A DNA stretch of 53,483 bases from Candidatus Limnocylindria bacterium (GCA_041496945.1 JBGQFO010000005.1:1-53483), one strand, 5' to 3'; shown: positions 35,675 to 45,946, counted from the first letter of the stretch. Notes: generated from the letters alone by a model not told the origin. A program made the numbers and translations.

Positions 35675-36072
35675 CGGTAGTCGTACACCCGCGTCGTCGG
35701 GAGGCGATACGAGATGCGCTCCTCCGTGTTGAATCGAGCGATGGCGCCCTGCGCGCGCTCCTCGCCGTGGTAGCGGATCGCCAGACGCGCGATGTCGCGG
35801 TGGGCGACCGCGGGGTCGGTGATCGCGCGTACCCGACCGTCGATGCGCATGTACTTGTAGCCGGTCTCGTCGTACACGAGGAGCGACACACGCGGGTCAC
35901 GCGCGAGATTCGACTCCTTCGCGCGTCCGGCCTTCGTGTTGAACACGATCTCGTCGCCGTCGAGCACGTACCACATCACCGTGAGATGCGGAGAGCCGGA
36001 GGGGTTCATGGTCCCGAGCACGGCGAAGCGCTTCGCCTCGAGGAACGCACGCTGCTCGGCGGTGAGCGCCAT
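35671..36072 (-). CDS. PPOX-class (split barrel) F420-dependent oxidoreductase
   Basis: AVLGT.N..GSPH...WY, R.K..NL.RDPRVSL. Confidence 0.88.
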   Translation of the reverse strand: MALTAEQRAFLEAKRFAVLGTMNPSGSPHLTVMWYVLDGDEIVFNTKAGRAKESNLARDPRVSLLVYDETGYKYMRIDGRVRAITDPAVAHRDIARLAIRYHGEERAQGAIARFNTEERISYRLPTTRVYDYR

Positions 36073-36815
36073 CAGCGGAACAGGTCCCGGTCCGCCGGCC
36101 GCACGTAGTCGCGCGCGGTCTCGGTCGTGCCGTTCGGCGGCAGGCCGCGCACGATCGCGGCGGGACAGCGATCGAGCTTTCCCATCACCAGCTCGGCCAT
36201 CGCGGCGACCTCGTCGGCGATCGCGATCTCGGTGACGCGCAGCTCGTAACCCTCCGGATCGAACTGGCCGACGTAACGCTTGAGCGCGGGCAGGCCCGCG
36301 ATGCCGATGGCGACGTTCATGTGGCCCTCGCGCCACGCGCGACCGAATGTGTCGGTCACGATGACCGCCACGTTCTTCTTTGTCCGTTCGCGGAGCGTCT
36401 CGCGGAGCCGCTTGGCAGAGGCATCGGGGTCCATCGGAAGAAGGATGACCGTGTCGGGCGCGCCGGCGTTGGACCGATCCACGCCCGCGTTCGCGCAGAT
36501 GAACCCGTGGCGCGTCTCGCTGATGAGCACGCCGCCCTTCCAGCGCACGACCTTCACACTCTCCGCCAAGACGACCTCGAGCTGGCGCGGGTCCTTTCCG
36601 GATTCCTTGGCCATCGCGAGCGCGCGCGGGCCGGGCTCGACATCGGCAAGACGCACGATGCGGCCCTCCGCCTTCGAGACGACCTTCTGCGCCACAGCCA
36701 GGACGTCGCCATCGCGCAGCGTCTCTCCCTGCGCGGCCACCGCGCCCGCGATGAGCGCGGCGAGGTCGTCCCCCGGATGGATCTCGGGGAGGCCGTCGAC
36801 CGCGGTGACGGTCAA
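36072..36815 (-). CDS. cofE: Coenzyme F420-0:L-glutamate ligase
   Basis: PEI.PGDDL, QKVVSKAEG, ANAGVD.SN, LP.DPD.SA, DTFGR.WR.G, ADE; TTG start inferred. Confidence 0.92.
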   Translation of the reverse strand: MTVTAVDGLPEIHPGDDLAALIAGAVAAQGETLRDGDVLAVAQKVVSKAEGRIVRLADVEPGPRALAMAKESGKDPRQLEVVLAESVKVVRWKGGVLISETRHGFICANAGVDRSNAGAPDTVILLPMDPDASAKRLRETLRERTKKNVAVIVTDTFGRAWREGHMNVAIGIAGLPALKRYVGQFDPEGYELRVTEIAIADEVAAMAELVMGKLDRCPAAIVRGLPPNGTTETARDYVRPADRDLFR

Positions 36816-36833
36816 TGAACGTACGATGGCTCC

Positions 36834-37826
36834 ATGTTGACACTCGGCTGGAAGGCGTCGGCCGAGCAGTTCGGGCCGCGCGACCTGCTCCGCTACGGCG
36901 TCCTCGCCGAGGAGCTCGGCTTCGACAGCGCCGTGGTGAGCGACCACTTCCACCCCTGGCGCGATACCGGCGGGCATGCGCCGTTCTCGTTCGCCTGGCT
37001 CGGCGCGATGGGCGCGAGCACGAAGCGAATCCGCCTGGGGACGAGCGTGGTCACGCCGACGTTCCGCTATCACCCGGCGATCGTCGCACAGGCCTCGGCC
37101 ACGCTGGAGCTGCTCTTCCCCGGACGCTTCTTCCTCGGCGTCGGCTCGGGCGAGTCGATGAACGAGACGCCCGTGACCGCGGGCGAGTGGCCCGAGCCCG
37201 GCGAGCGCGTGCGGCGGCTGCGCGAGGCCGTCCGCCTCATGAAGAAGCTCTGGACGGAGGACTACGTGACGTTCGATGGGAAGTACTTCAAGACGCGCGA
37301 AGCGAAGATCTTCGACAAGCCGGCGGGCGGCGTCCGGCTCTACATCGCGGGCGCGGGTCCGCAGGTGGCCGAGTTCGCCGGCAAAGAGGCCGACGGATTC
37401 ATCTGCACGTCCGGAAAGGGCGCGGAGTTGTATCGCGACACGCTCCTGCCCGCGCTCGAGAAGGGCGCGCTCGACGCCGGCCGCGATCCGGCCACGATCG
37501 AGAAGACCATCGAGATGAAGGTGTCCTACGACAGCGACCGCGAGCAGGCGCTGTCCGATACGCGGGAGTGGGCCGCGCTCGCCCTGCCGGCGGAGGACAA
37601 GGCCGGCGTCGAGGATCCGCGGGAGATGGAGCGGCGTGCGAAGGCCGGCGAGGCCAAGGCGCACACGCGGTTCATCGTCTCGACCGACCCCGACGAGCAC
37701 GTGGCGAAGATCCACGAATACGTCGTCTGGGGCTTCACGCACCTGGTCTTCCACTTCCCCGGCCAGGATCAGGAGCGCGCCATGCGCCGCTACGCCCGCG
37801 ACATCCTGCCGCGCCTGCGCCGGTGA
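36834..37826 (+). CDS. fgd: F420-dependent glucose-6-phosphate dehydrogenase
   Basis: KASAEQF.P, VSDHF.PWR..GGHAPFS, GTSV.TPTFRY.PA, GFICTSGKG.ELY as in mycobacterial Fgd1. Confidence 0.85.
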   Translation: MLTLGWKASAEQFGPRDLLRYGVLAEELGFDSAVVSDHFHPWRDTGGHAPFSFAWLGAMGASTKRIRLGTSVVTPTFRYHPAIVAQASATLELLFPGRFFLGVGSGESMNETPVTAGEWPEPGERVRRLREAVRLMKKLWTEDYVTFDGKYFKTREAKIFDKPAGGVRLYIAGAGPQVAEFAGKEADGFICTSGKGAELYRDTLLPALEKGALDAGRDPATIEKTIEMKVSYDSDREQALSDTREWAALALPAEDKAGVEDPREMERRAKAGEAKAHTRFIVSTDPDEHVAKIHEYVVWGFTHLVFHFPGQDQERAMRRYARDILPRLRR

Positions 37827-38269
37827 CCGATCTCGACGCAGCCTCTGTGGAGCTGCTCGATCACGCGCGCATCGCGCACCTCGCGACGGCAGACCAGTAC
37901 GCGCGACCGCACGTCATCCCGATCGTCTTCGTCTGGGGCGAGGGGCTCCTGTACTTCCCCCTCGACCGCAAGCCGAAGCGCGAGGACGACTGGCACGCGC
38001 TTCGACGCGTGCGCAACATCGAGACGAACGGTCGCGTGTCGATCGTCGTCGACCGCTACGTCGACGCGGACTGGTCGAAGCTCGCCTGGGTGCTCATCGA
38101 GGGACTCGCCACGATCCTCGAGACGGGCGGAGAGCGCGACACCGCGGCGGTCGCGCTCGCGGCGAAGTATCCGCAATACCGCGACGGCAGCCTCATAGGT
38201 CGGCCGGTCGTTCGCGTCGCCATCGAGCGGAGCGTTCACTGGAGCGCGGGGGAAACCGCACCCAAGTAG
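37823..38269 (+). CDS. PPOX-class F420-dependent oxidoreductase (Rv0121-like)
   Basis: A.LATAD...PH.IP.VF, D.KPK, L.R..NI..N..VS..VD.Y...W..L.WV, KYPQY. Confidence 0.85.
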   Translation: MTDLDAASVELLDHARIAHLATADQYARPHVIPIVFVWGEGLLYFPLDRKPKREDDWHALRRVRNIETNGRVSIVVDRYVDADWSKLAWVLIEGLATILETGGERDTAAVALAAKYPQYRDGSLIGRPVVRVAIERSVHWSAGETAPK

Positions 38270-38300
38270 CGTCCCGACGAGGGCTAAACTTCCGCGTCTC

Positions 38301-39314
38301 ATGGAGTTCGGCTTCACCCTGAAACCCGACATCTCCCTCGAGCGCGCGGGATCGCTCGCGCGACTCGCGGAGCAATGCGGGTTCGCCTACGGCTGGATCT
38401 TCGACAGTCACGTGCTCTGGAAGGAGCCGTACGTACCGCTCACGATCATGGCGCAGGCGACGACGACGCTGCGGCTCGGCACGTGCGTCACCAATCCCGC
38501 GACGCGCGAGCCGTCGGTCACGGCGAGCACGCTCGCGACGCTGCAGCTGCTCTCGGGCGGACGTTTCGACCTCGGCATCGGGCGGGGCGACTCGGCCCGG
38601 CGCGTCATCGGCAAACCGCCGACGACGCTCGCGGTGCTCGAGGAAGCCACCCGGGTCATCAAGCAGCTCGCCGAGGGCGGCGCCACGACCTACGAGGGCA
38701 CGACCATCCGCCTCGAGTGGGCGCCGCCGTATCGCCTGCCGGTGTGGATCGCGGGGTATGGGCCGAAGGCGCTCGAGGTCACGGCGCGGATCGCCGACGG
38801 CGCGATCATCCAGCTCGCCGACCCCAGCCTCGTGGGCTGGTGCGTCGGCCTGCTGCGCGACGGCGCGCGCAAGGTGGGCCGCGACCCGAACGGGATCGCG
38901 GTCATGGCCGCGGCCGCCTCGTACGTCGGTCCGCGCGACGTCTCGCTCGAGCGGGTGCGCTGGTTCCCCGCCCTTGTCTCCAACCACGTCGTCGATCTCG
39001 TCAAGCGCTACGGCGAGGCCGGGCTGCCGAAGGACCTCACCGCGTACGTGAAGGACCGCAAGGGCTACGACTACCAGCATCACGCCGAGGTCGGCTCGTC
39101 CAACGCCGCCTTCGTCGACGATGAGTCGGTGGAGCGCTTCTGCGTCGTCGGCGATGTGAACGCGCACATCGCCAAGCTGCGCGCGCTGGCGAAGGTCGGC
39201 GTGCGGCAGTTCAATCTCTACCTCATGAACCGCGACGAGGAAGAGCAGCTCCAGATCTACGGCGAGAAGATCATCCCCGCGCTCCGCGACGTGATGCCCG
39301 CCGCGATCGCCTGA
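38301..39314 (+). CDS. LLM-class F420-dependent oxidoreductase (TIGR03842/CPS_4043-like)
   Basis: W.FDSHVLW.EP, GTCVTNP.TR, GIGRGDSA.R, YGPKAL, V.NHV.DL, GYDY..H, RFC. Confidence 0.85.
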   Translation: MEFGFTLKPDISLERAGSLARLAEQCGFAYGWIFDSHVLWKEPYVPLTIMAQATTTLRLGTCVTNPATREPSVTASTLATLQLLSGGRFDLGIGRGDSARRVIGKPPTTLAVLEEATRVIKQLAEGGATTYEGTTIRLEWAPPYRLPVWIAGYGPKALEVTARIADGAIIQLADPSLVGWCVGLLRDGARKVGRDPNGIAVMAAAASYVGPRDVSLERVRWFPALVSNHVVDLVKRYGEAGLPKDLTAYVKDRKGYDYQHHAEVGSSNAAFVDDESVERFCVVGDVNAHIAKLRALAKVGVRQFNLYLMNRDEEEQLQIYGEKIIPALRDVMPAAIA

Positions 39315-39326
39315 TCCGGACCGGCG

Positions 39327-39833
39327 CTAGCGCTTCACCCGCATCGCGCCGATCTTCCATCCGTACGACCACACGTCGAGGCCCGGCGTCTTCAGCCCGT
39401 GAGCACCGAGGATCGTGCCGACGTGAGCGCGATGGTCGCTCCCGTGATGCGCGAACTGCGCGAGCATCGTCCACGCTTCCAGCTCTTCCGGCGGGTCGGT
39501 CCGAGCGTCGATCACGACGCGATCGGGGTCGAACTCCTTGCCCGCGAACACCCGCTCGACACCGGCGCGCACCTTGTCGAGCACCCCGCTGATCTCGTCG
39601 AGCGACATGAGGCGGTCCTCATCGAACGCGGCGTCGACGACGGGGAAGCCGATGAGCGCGAGGTACAGCGTGTCGCCGCCGACGATGTGCGCGAGCGTGC
39701 GGCGGATCGTTCCGTACGTGCCCGGCGCGGTGAGGTCGAGCTGTGCGTCGGTGAGCGCCCGGCAATGCTCGATCAGCTTCTCGGTCGCCCACACATCATG
39801 GCGCAGCTGCCGGAGCATCGGCGGCGTCGCCAT
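39327..39833 (-). CDS. DinB family protein
   Basis: H..WA, GTYGTI..TL.HIV, HG.DHR.H. Confidence 0.88.
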   Translation of the reverse strand: MATPPMLRQLRHDVWATEKLIEHCRALTDAQLDLTAPGTYGTIRRTLAHIVGGDTLYLALIGFPVVDAAFDEDRLMSLDEISGVLDKVRAGVERVFAGKEFDPDRVVIDARTDPPEELEAWTMLAQFAHHGSDHRAHVGTILGAHGLKTPGLDVWSYGWKIGAMRVKR

Positions 39834-40346
39834 CTACTTGACCTCGCGGCTCGCGCCGAGCTCCATGGCGTACGGCCAGATCTGCAGGTCCACGGTCTCG
39901 AGACCGTGCGCGCCGAGGATCGTGTTGATGTGCGTGCGGTGGTCGGTCCCGTGATGGACGAACTGCGACGCCGGGGCCCAGGCGGCCATCTCGAAACGCG
40001 GAGCGCCGGGCGGACGGAGCGGCGTGTCGGTGAGGATGCGCTCCGGGTCGGGTGGAGAGCCGAAGAGCTGCTCGACGGCGTCGCTGACGTGCCCGAGATG
40101 CGTCGCGATCTCGTCGAGCGTGGCCGGATGGTCCGCGCGGAACGGCCTCTCGTGCAGGACCGTCCCGCGCAACCGGACGAGGTAGCCCTCCTCGGCCGTG
40201 ACGATGTGGGCGAGCGTGTTCCGGATCGTTCCGTACGTCCCCGCCACGGTGAGGTCGAGCTGCGCGTCGGTCAGCGCCCGGCAGCGCGCGATGAGCTTTT
40301 CGTTCGCCCAGATGTCGTGGCGCATCTGGCGGTGGAGGTAATCCAT
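39834..40346 (-). CDS. DinB family protein (tandem paralog)
   Basis: Same motifs; CRALTDAQLDLT.GTYGTIR.TLAHIV nearly identical to its neighbour. Confidence 0.88.
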   Translation of the reverse strand: MDYLHRQMRHDIWANEKLIARCRALTDAQLDLTVAGTYGTIRNTLAHIVTAEEGYLVRLRGTVLHERPFRADHPATLDEIATHLGHVSDAVEQLFGSPPDPERILTDTPLRPPGAPRFEMAAWAPASQFVHHGTDHRTHINTILGAHGLETVDLQIWPYAMELGASREVK

Positions 40347-40354
40347 CTACCGCC

Positions 40355-41767
40355 TCACGTTTGAAGGAGCGGCGAGCCGCGCTTCACGAACTTCCCGCGA
40401 CCCTTCTTCCCGAGCCACGTGTCCCTGTCTACGATCACCTCGCCGCGCGAGAGCACGGTCGTGGCCTTGCCCTTCACCCTGCGCCCCTCGTACGGGTTGT
40501 AGTCGACGCGCATGTGGTGTGTCTTCGCGGATAGCGTCTGCGTCGCCTTTGGGTCCCAGATCACGATGTCCGCGTCGCTGCCGACCGCGATCGTGCCCTT
40601 GCGCGGGAACATGCCCATGATCTTCGCCGGCGTGGTCGAGGTGAGCTCGATCCAGCGGTTGAGCGTGATGCGCTTTCCGACCACGCCGCCGTCGAAGAGC
40701 AGCACCATGCGCGTCTCCACGCCCGGAGCGCCGTTGGGGATCTTCGAGAAGTCACCCTTCCCGAGCTCCTTCTGCTTCGGCAGGCCCCTCCAGCCCTCCT
40801 TCATGCAGAAAGGGCAGTGGTCGGTGGACACGACCTGCAGGTCGTTTCGCGCGAGACCCTTCCAGAGCTCGTCCTGATGCCACGTGGGTCGGAGCGGCGG
40901 GCTCATCACGTACTTCGCGCCGTCGAAGCCCGGCTCGTCGTAGTTGTCGATCGAGAGGAACAGATACTGCGGGCAGGTCTCGGCGTATGCGGGGAGGCCG
41001 CGGTCGCGGAAGAGCCGCACCTGCTCGAGGGCCTGCGCGGCCGAGAGATGGACGATGTAGAGCGGGATCCCGCCGGCCATCTCCGCCAGGCGGAACGCGC
41101 GGTTGGTGGCCTCGGCCTCGGCCTCCGGCGGACGCGTGAGCGCGTGCCACTTCGGCGCGGTGTTCTTCTTCGCGAGCGCTCGCTTCACGAGGACGTCGAT
41201 GACGCCGCCGTTCTCCGCGTGCATGCAGATGAGTCCGCCGTTCTCACCCGTCCGCGTGAGCGCCTTGAAGATCGCGGCGTCGTCGACCATGAACACGCCC
41301 GGGTAAGCCATGAAGAGCTTGAAGCTCGACACGCCCTCCCTGACCATCGTGTCCATCTCCTTCAGGACCTTGTCGTTCACGTCGCGCACGATCATGTGCA
41401 GGCCGAAGTCGATCGCGGCCTTGCCCTGGGCCTTCTTCATCCAGGTGTCGCGGGCCTTCGCGAGTCGCTCGCCGAAGCCCTGCACGGCGAAGTCGACGAT
41501 GCTCGTCGTGCCACCGAACGCGGCCGCGATGGTGCCCGTCTCGAAATCGTCGGAGGCCATCGTTCCGCCGAACGGGAGCTCCATGTGCGTGTGCACGTCG
41601 ATGCCGCCAGGGATGACGTATTTGCCCGAGGCGTCGATCCTCTTCGCGCCGGGGACCCTCAGACTCTTGCCGATCGAAGCGACCTTCTCGCCGTCGATCA
41701 GCACGTCGCCGCGATAGGTGTCGGCCGCGGTGACGACGGTGCCGCCGGTGATGAGCGTCTGTGTCAT
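40355..41767 (-). CDS. hydA: Dihydropyrimidinase (D-hydantoinase)
   Basis: PGGIDVHTH, FKLFMAY, HAENG, YIVHLS, ETCPQYL, STDHCPF, IPNG.PG.E.R. Confidence 0.95.
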   Translation of the reverse strand: MTQTLITGGTVVTAADTYRGDVLIDGEKVASIGKSLRVPGAKRIDASGKYVIPGGIDVHTHMELPFGGTMASDDFETGTIAAAFGGTTSIVDFAVQGFGERLAKARDTWMKKAQGKAAIDFGLHMIVRDVNDKVLKEMDTMVREGVSSFKLFMAYPGVFMVDDAAIFKALTRTGENGGLICMHAENGGVIDVLVKRALAKKNTAPKWHALTRPPEAEAEATNRAFRLAEMAGGIPLYIVHLSAAQALEQVRLFRDRGLPAYAETCPQYLFLSIDNYDEPGFDGAKYVMSPPLRPTWHQDELWKGLARNDLQVVSTDHCPFCMKEGWRGLPKQKELGKGDFSKIPNGAPGVETRMVLLFDGGVVGKRITLNRWIELTSTTPAKIMGMFPRKGTIAVGSDADIVIWDPKATQTLSAKTHHMRVDYNPYEGRRVKGKATTVLSRGEVIVDRDTWLGKKGRGKFVKRGSPLLQT

Positions 41768-41859
41768 TGCTCCCCCCTCTGTGGACCGGAACGGCGGGAT
41801 GCTAACCCCGTTTGACCTAGACTTTCTCGATCACCGACACCGCTTCCCGCACTCGGCGC

Positions 41860-43773
41860 ATGACCGCGAGCGACATCCGCTCGCGCGGCGAGGCCCGCCT
41901 CGCCGACGCCCGCCGGCGGCTCGCGACGCTCGAGGCCGCCACGCCGAGGGACCGGGATGCCCTCCTCCGCGGGGTCGACGAGCTTGTGCTCGCGCTGACG
42001 AACGTGTCGAGCGAGCTCGGTGTCCTCGTGAACGTGCACCCGGACCTCGCCGCCCGCGAGGCGTGCGAGGCGATCCAGGTCGCGGCCACGGAGCTTGGCG
42101 TCCGCTTCGGACAATCCCGCCCGATCTACGACGCTCTCTCGGCGGTGCGCCTCGACGGACTCGATGGCCCGGCCCGGCGCGCGGTGGAGCTCACGCTGCG
42201 GGACATGCGGCGAGCCGGCGTCGCGCTCGACGAGGCGAAGCGCGTGAAAGCGCAGCAGCTCCGCTCGCGTATCACCACCCTGTCACAGGCGTACGGCCGG
42301 AACCTGCGTGACGACGTGCGGACGGTCGAGCTTCCGGCCTCCGCGCTCGAAGGAACGCCGGCCGACTACCGCGCGGCGCACCCCGCCGACGCGCGCGGGA
42401 TGGTGAAGGTCACCACCGACCCGCCGGACATGGCGCCACTCATGACGTACTCGAAGGATGCGTCCGCGCGCCTCGCGCTCTCGAAGGCGTACTACGACCG
42501 CGCGCGCGGGAACCTGGATGTCTTCGAGCAGCTCCGCGCCGCGCGCAACGAGCTCGCGCTCACGCTCGGCTATCCGAGCTTCGCCGCGTACAACCTCGAG
42601 GACAAGATGGTCGGGACACCCGAGGACCTCGACCGGTTCCTCGACGACGTGCGCGCCGCGGCGAAGACACCGGCCGAGGGACAGTACGCGTCGCTCCTCG
42701 ACTGCGCGCGGCGCGAGGACCCGGGCATCGACCGGATCGGGCAGTGGGACCAGCAGTACTTCGTCGCGCGTGTGAAGGACGAGAAGTTCCGGTTCGATCC
42801 GCGCGAGGTCCGGCCGTACCTCGAGTACAACTCCGTTCGGCAGGCGATCCTCGATCTCGCGTCCGAGCTCTTCGGCCTCGTCTTCACGCCGATCGAGCCG
42901 GAGGAGACGTGGCACGAAGATGCCGCGCAATTCGCGGTGACGATGGACGGAAGACCCGCGGGCTTCATCTCGCTGGACATGCATCCGCGCCCCGGCAAGA
43001 ACAAGTGGGCGACCTCGTTCGGCTACAGGCTCGGTCTGGCGGGCCGGCAGCTCCCGCACAACGTGCTCGTCTGCAACTTCCCCGACCCGAAGGCCCAGAG
43101 CGGACCGGCGCTCATGGAGCACCAGCAGGTCGTCACGTTCTTCCACGAATTCGGCCATCTCGTCCACGGCATCGTGCGGGGTAACGTCGTCGAGTGGGCG
43201 CGCCTGGGCCGGCCGGCGGAGAACGACTTCATGGAGGCGCCGTCACGCTTCCTCGAGGACTACATCTTCGAGCTGGGGGTGCTGCGGCGGTTCGCGAAGC
43301 ACGTCGAGACCGGCGCGCCGATCCCCGAGGATCTGGTCGGTCGTCTGCAGGCGGCGCGCGACTTCGGCCGCGGCGTGCAGGTCGAGCAGATGACGGTGCA
43401 GAGCCGGCAATCCTTGCGTCTGCACGATCGCGATCCGAAGGGCCACGACTCCCGCACCGTCGCGCGCGAGGTCGCCGACCGCGAGTCGCGTTTCGCGCAG
43501 CTCGACGGCTCGAACTGGCCGGTGAACTGGGAGCACATGGGGAGCGAGGGATACGCCGCCGCGTACTACACCTACCTTTGGAGCGACGCCATCGCAGCCG
43601 ACATCCGAAGCGGCTTCGCCAACGGCCTCATGGACAGGACGCAGGCCCGCCGCTACCGCGATCTGATCCTCGCTCCGGGCGGCAACATCCCGGCAGCCGA
43701 TGCGGTCGCGAGCTTCCTCGGCCGGCCCTACAACACGAACGCCTTCAAGGAGCGTCTCGCCAGGAGCGCATAG
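41860..43773 (+). CDS. M3 family metallopeptidase (thimet oligopeptidase-like)
   Basis: D..PR.GK, FHEFGH, DF.EAPS, Y.A.YY.YLWS. Confidence 0.93.
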   Translation: MTASDIRSRGEARLADARRRLATLEAATPRDRDALLRGVDELVLALTNVSSELGVLVNVHPDLAAREACEAIQVAATELGVRFGQSRPIYDALSAVRLDGLDGPARRAVELTLRDMRRAGVALDEAKRVKAQQLRSRITTLSQAYGRNLRDDVRTVELPASALEGTPADYRAAHPADARGMVKVTTDPPDMAPLMTYSKDASARLALSKAYYDRARGNLDVFEQLRAARNELALTLGYPSFAAYNLEDKMVGTPEDLDRFLDDVRAAAKTPAEGQYASLLDCARREDPGIDRIGQWDQQYFVARVKDEKFRFDPREVRPYLEYNSVRQAILDLASELFGLVFTPIEPEETWHEDAAQFAVTMDGRPAGFISLDMHPRPGKNKWATSFGYRLGLAGRQLPHNVLVCNFPDPKAQSGPALMEHQQVVTFFHEFGHLVHGIVRGNVVEWARLGRPAENDFMEAPSRFLEDYIFELGVLRRFAKHVETGAPIPEDLVGRLQAARDFGRGVQVEQMTVQSRQSLRLHDRDPKGHDSRTVAREVADRESRFAQLDGSNWPVNWEHMGSEGYAAAYYTYLWSDAIAADIRSGFANGLMDRTQARRYRDLILAPGGNIPAADAVASFLGRPYNTNAFKERLARSA

Positions 43774-43788
43774 CGCGAGCCTCCGAGT

Positions 43789-44415
43789 TCAGCCGCCCGC
43801 CGCGAGCGGGATCGCTACGAACAGCGGGACGAGCTGCACCAGCACCGGAAGATCGAACGGGCTGCGCATCCCCATGACCTGCGGCCACGACGCCCAGTGC
43901 GAGAGGCCCGCGGCCGTCCCGAAGGCGACGAGCACCCACGCGGTCCAGGTCGGGACGAGGGCACCGTCGACGAGCGCAGCGCCCAGGAGCGCGATCGCGA
44001 AGAACCCGCCGATCATGAATATGTTGGAGAGCGAGCCGCTCCAGTGCCCGAGTGCGTCGAAGACCGCGCCCGCGGCGCCGTCGCGGGCGGCCCACACGGT
44101 GAGGTCGAGCCGGAACGCGAGATCCGCCAACCAGAGCGGAGCGACCAGCCCGTAGAGGATCGCGGCCGCGAGCGCGAGGCCGCTTCCGGTCGACCGCGCG
44201 ACCGCACCGAGCGCGATGCCCATGAGCACGGTCGCGATCGCGAAGAGCCAGGCATGCGCGCGCCACTGCGTCTCGTGCTCACGGATGACGCGGAAGTAGT
44301 CGAGCTGCGGCAGCATCCACACGCGCTCGCGTGCGAGCGACGGCATCGTCGCCGCGACGAGCGAGGATGCGGCCGCGACGATGAGCAGCAGGCCCGCGAC
44401 GCGCACGTCGGTCAT
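43789..44415 (-). CDS. Hypothetical membrane protein (DUF4386-like)
   Basis: About 6 TM helices, LVP.W..W motif. Confidence 0.65.
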   Translation of the reverse strand: MTDVRVAGLLLIVAAASSLVAATMPSLARERVWMLPQLDYFRVIREHETQWRAHAWLFAIATVLMGIALGAVARSTGSGLALAAAILYGLVAPLWLADLAFRLDLTVWAARDGAAGAVFDALGHWSGSLSNIFMIGGFFAIALLGAALVDGALVPTWTAWVLVAFGTAAGLSHWASWPQVMGMRSPFDLPVLVQLVPLFVAIPLAAGG

Positions 44416-44433
44416 CGAAGTGGACCTCGCGTC

Positions 44434-45273
44434 CTACGGCCGGACGATGTCGGCATACATGTCGGGCCGACGGTCGCGGTAGAACTGCCAGGTGTCGCGC
44501 ACCTCGCGGACGAGGTCCATGTCGAGGTCCGCGACCAGCAGCTGCTCCTCCTTGTCCGACGCCTGCGCGATGATCTTGCCTCGCGGGTCGGCGAAGTACG
44601 ACGAGCCGTAGTAATCGTTCTTCCCGAACTCGCTCTCGACACCGACGCGGTTGATCGTCCCCACCCAGTAGCCGTTCGCGATGGCGTGCGCGGTCTGCTC
44701 GATGAACCAAAGGTGCATCGAGAGCCCGCGCGAGGTGGCCGATGGGATGAAGACGAGCTCGGCGCCGTGTAGGCCGAGCATGCGCGCGCCCTCGGGGAAG
44801 TGACGGTCGTAGCAGATGTACACGCCGACCTTGCCGACAGCCGTGTCGAACACCGGGTACCCGCTGTTCCCCGGTCGGAAGTAGAACTTCTCCCAGAAGC
44901 CCGGCAGGTGCGGGATGTGGGTCTTCCGATACTTCCCGAGGTACTTCCCGTCGGCGTCGATGACGGCGGCGGTGTTGTAGTAGATGCCGGGCTGATCCTC
45001 TTCATACATCGGCACGATGAGGACCATGCCGTGCTTTTTCGCGCGCTCCTGCATCGCTTTCGTCGTGGGCCCCTCGGGGATCTTCTCGGTGTAGGCGTAG
45101 CCCTTGCGGTCCTCGACCTGGCAGAAGTAGGGGCCGTAGAACAGCTCCTGAAGGCACGTGACCTGGGCGCCCTGCTTCGCGGCGTCGTCGATGTACCGGA
45201 GGTGCTTTTCGACCATCGTGTCCTTGTTCCCGGTCCAGGACGTCTGGACCAGCGCCGCCTTCACCTTCGCCAT
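44434..45273 (-). CDS. Nitrilase-family amidohydrolase, probable beta-ureidopropionase
   Basis: QELF.GPYFC, YRK.HIP, FWEKFYF.PG, ICYDRHFPE, DRRP..Y; near hydA. Confidence 0.88.
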   Translation of the reverse strand: MAKVKAALVQTSWTGNKDTMVEKHLRYIDDAAKQGAQVTCLQELFYGPYFCQVEDRKGYAYTEKIPEGPTTKAMQERAKKHGMVLIVPMYEEDQPGIYYNTAAVIDADGKYLGKYRKTHIPHLPGFWEKFYFRPGNSGYPVFDTAVGKVGVYICYDRHFPEGARMLGLHGAELVFIPSATSRGLSMHLWFIEQTAHAIANGYWVGTINRVGVESEFGKNDYYGSSYFADPRGKIIAQASDKEEQLLVADLDMDLVREVRDTWQFYRDRRPDMYADIVRP

Positions 45274-45304
45274 CGGTTGCCCCCTTTGCTGCGAGGGCGC
45301 TAGG

Positions 45305-45946
45305 TTAGCGCGCCTTTCGCGCGACGCGCTTCTGCCGCTGCCGGAACTCCCGGACCTTGTTGCGGCTGCCGCAGGTGTTCATGTCGCACCAGCGGCGGCT
45401 GTGATTCTTGGTGCGGTCCACAAAGAGCCAGGCGCAGGTGTCGTCGGAGCATTCGCGCAGCAGCGCCCGATCGTGGTCGCTCGTCAGGATCTCCGACGCC
45501 GCACGCGCGATCGGCCACAGCGGTCGCGCCAGGTCGTCGGTCTCGGGCCATTTCCACTCGAAGCTCTCCGCCATCCGCTGGACGCGGGCGTTGCCCATCG
45601 CGTCAGCGGCCTCGGCCCCGATGACCTCGACGTCCTCCGCCGCAGGGCGCTCGTCCCTCGCGATGTTCGCGAAGGCGCGCCAGATCGCCTCACGAAGGGC
45701 GACGCTGCGGCGATGTATCTGCGTGGCCTTCTCCGGACGACGCTCCGCCTCGGACAGCAGGCGCTTCGCCTCGGCCGCGCCGAGGAAGCCGGCCTGCCGC
45801 GTGAACTCCACCAGGTCGGCGTACCGCTGGATGTGCTCGTGACCGGTCCCCTCGTACCGGCCGCTGCGCGTGTTCGTGAAGTCGGTGGAGATGTCCCCAC
45901 CGATGAATTCAAGGGCGTGATCGAGGACCGTCGGTATGTGCTGCAT
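45305..45946 (-). CDS. ABATE/CGNR zinc-finger domain protein (putative regulator)
   Basis: DF.NT N-terminus; C....C.WLF.D.....RRWC.M..CG.R.K. Confidence 0.92.
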   Translation of the reverse strand: MQHIPTVLDHALEFIGGDISTDFTNTRSGRYEGTGHEHIQRYADLVEFTRQAGFLGAAEAKRLLSEAERRPEKATQIHRRSVALREAIWRAFANIARDERPAAEDVEVIGAEAADAMGNARVQRMAESFEWKWPETDDLARPLWPIARAASEILTSDHDRALLRECSDDTCAWLFVDRTKNHSRRWCDMNTCGSRNKVREFRQRQKRVARKAR

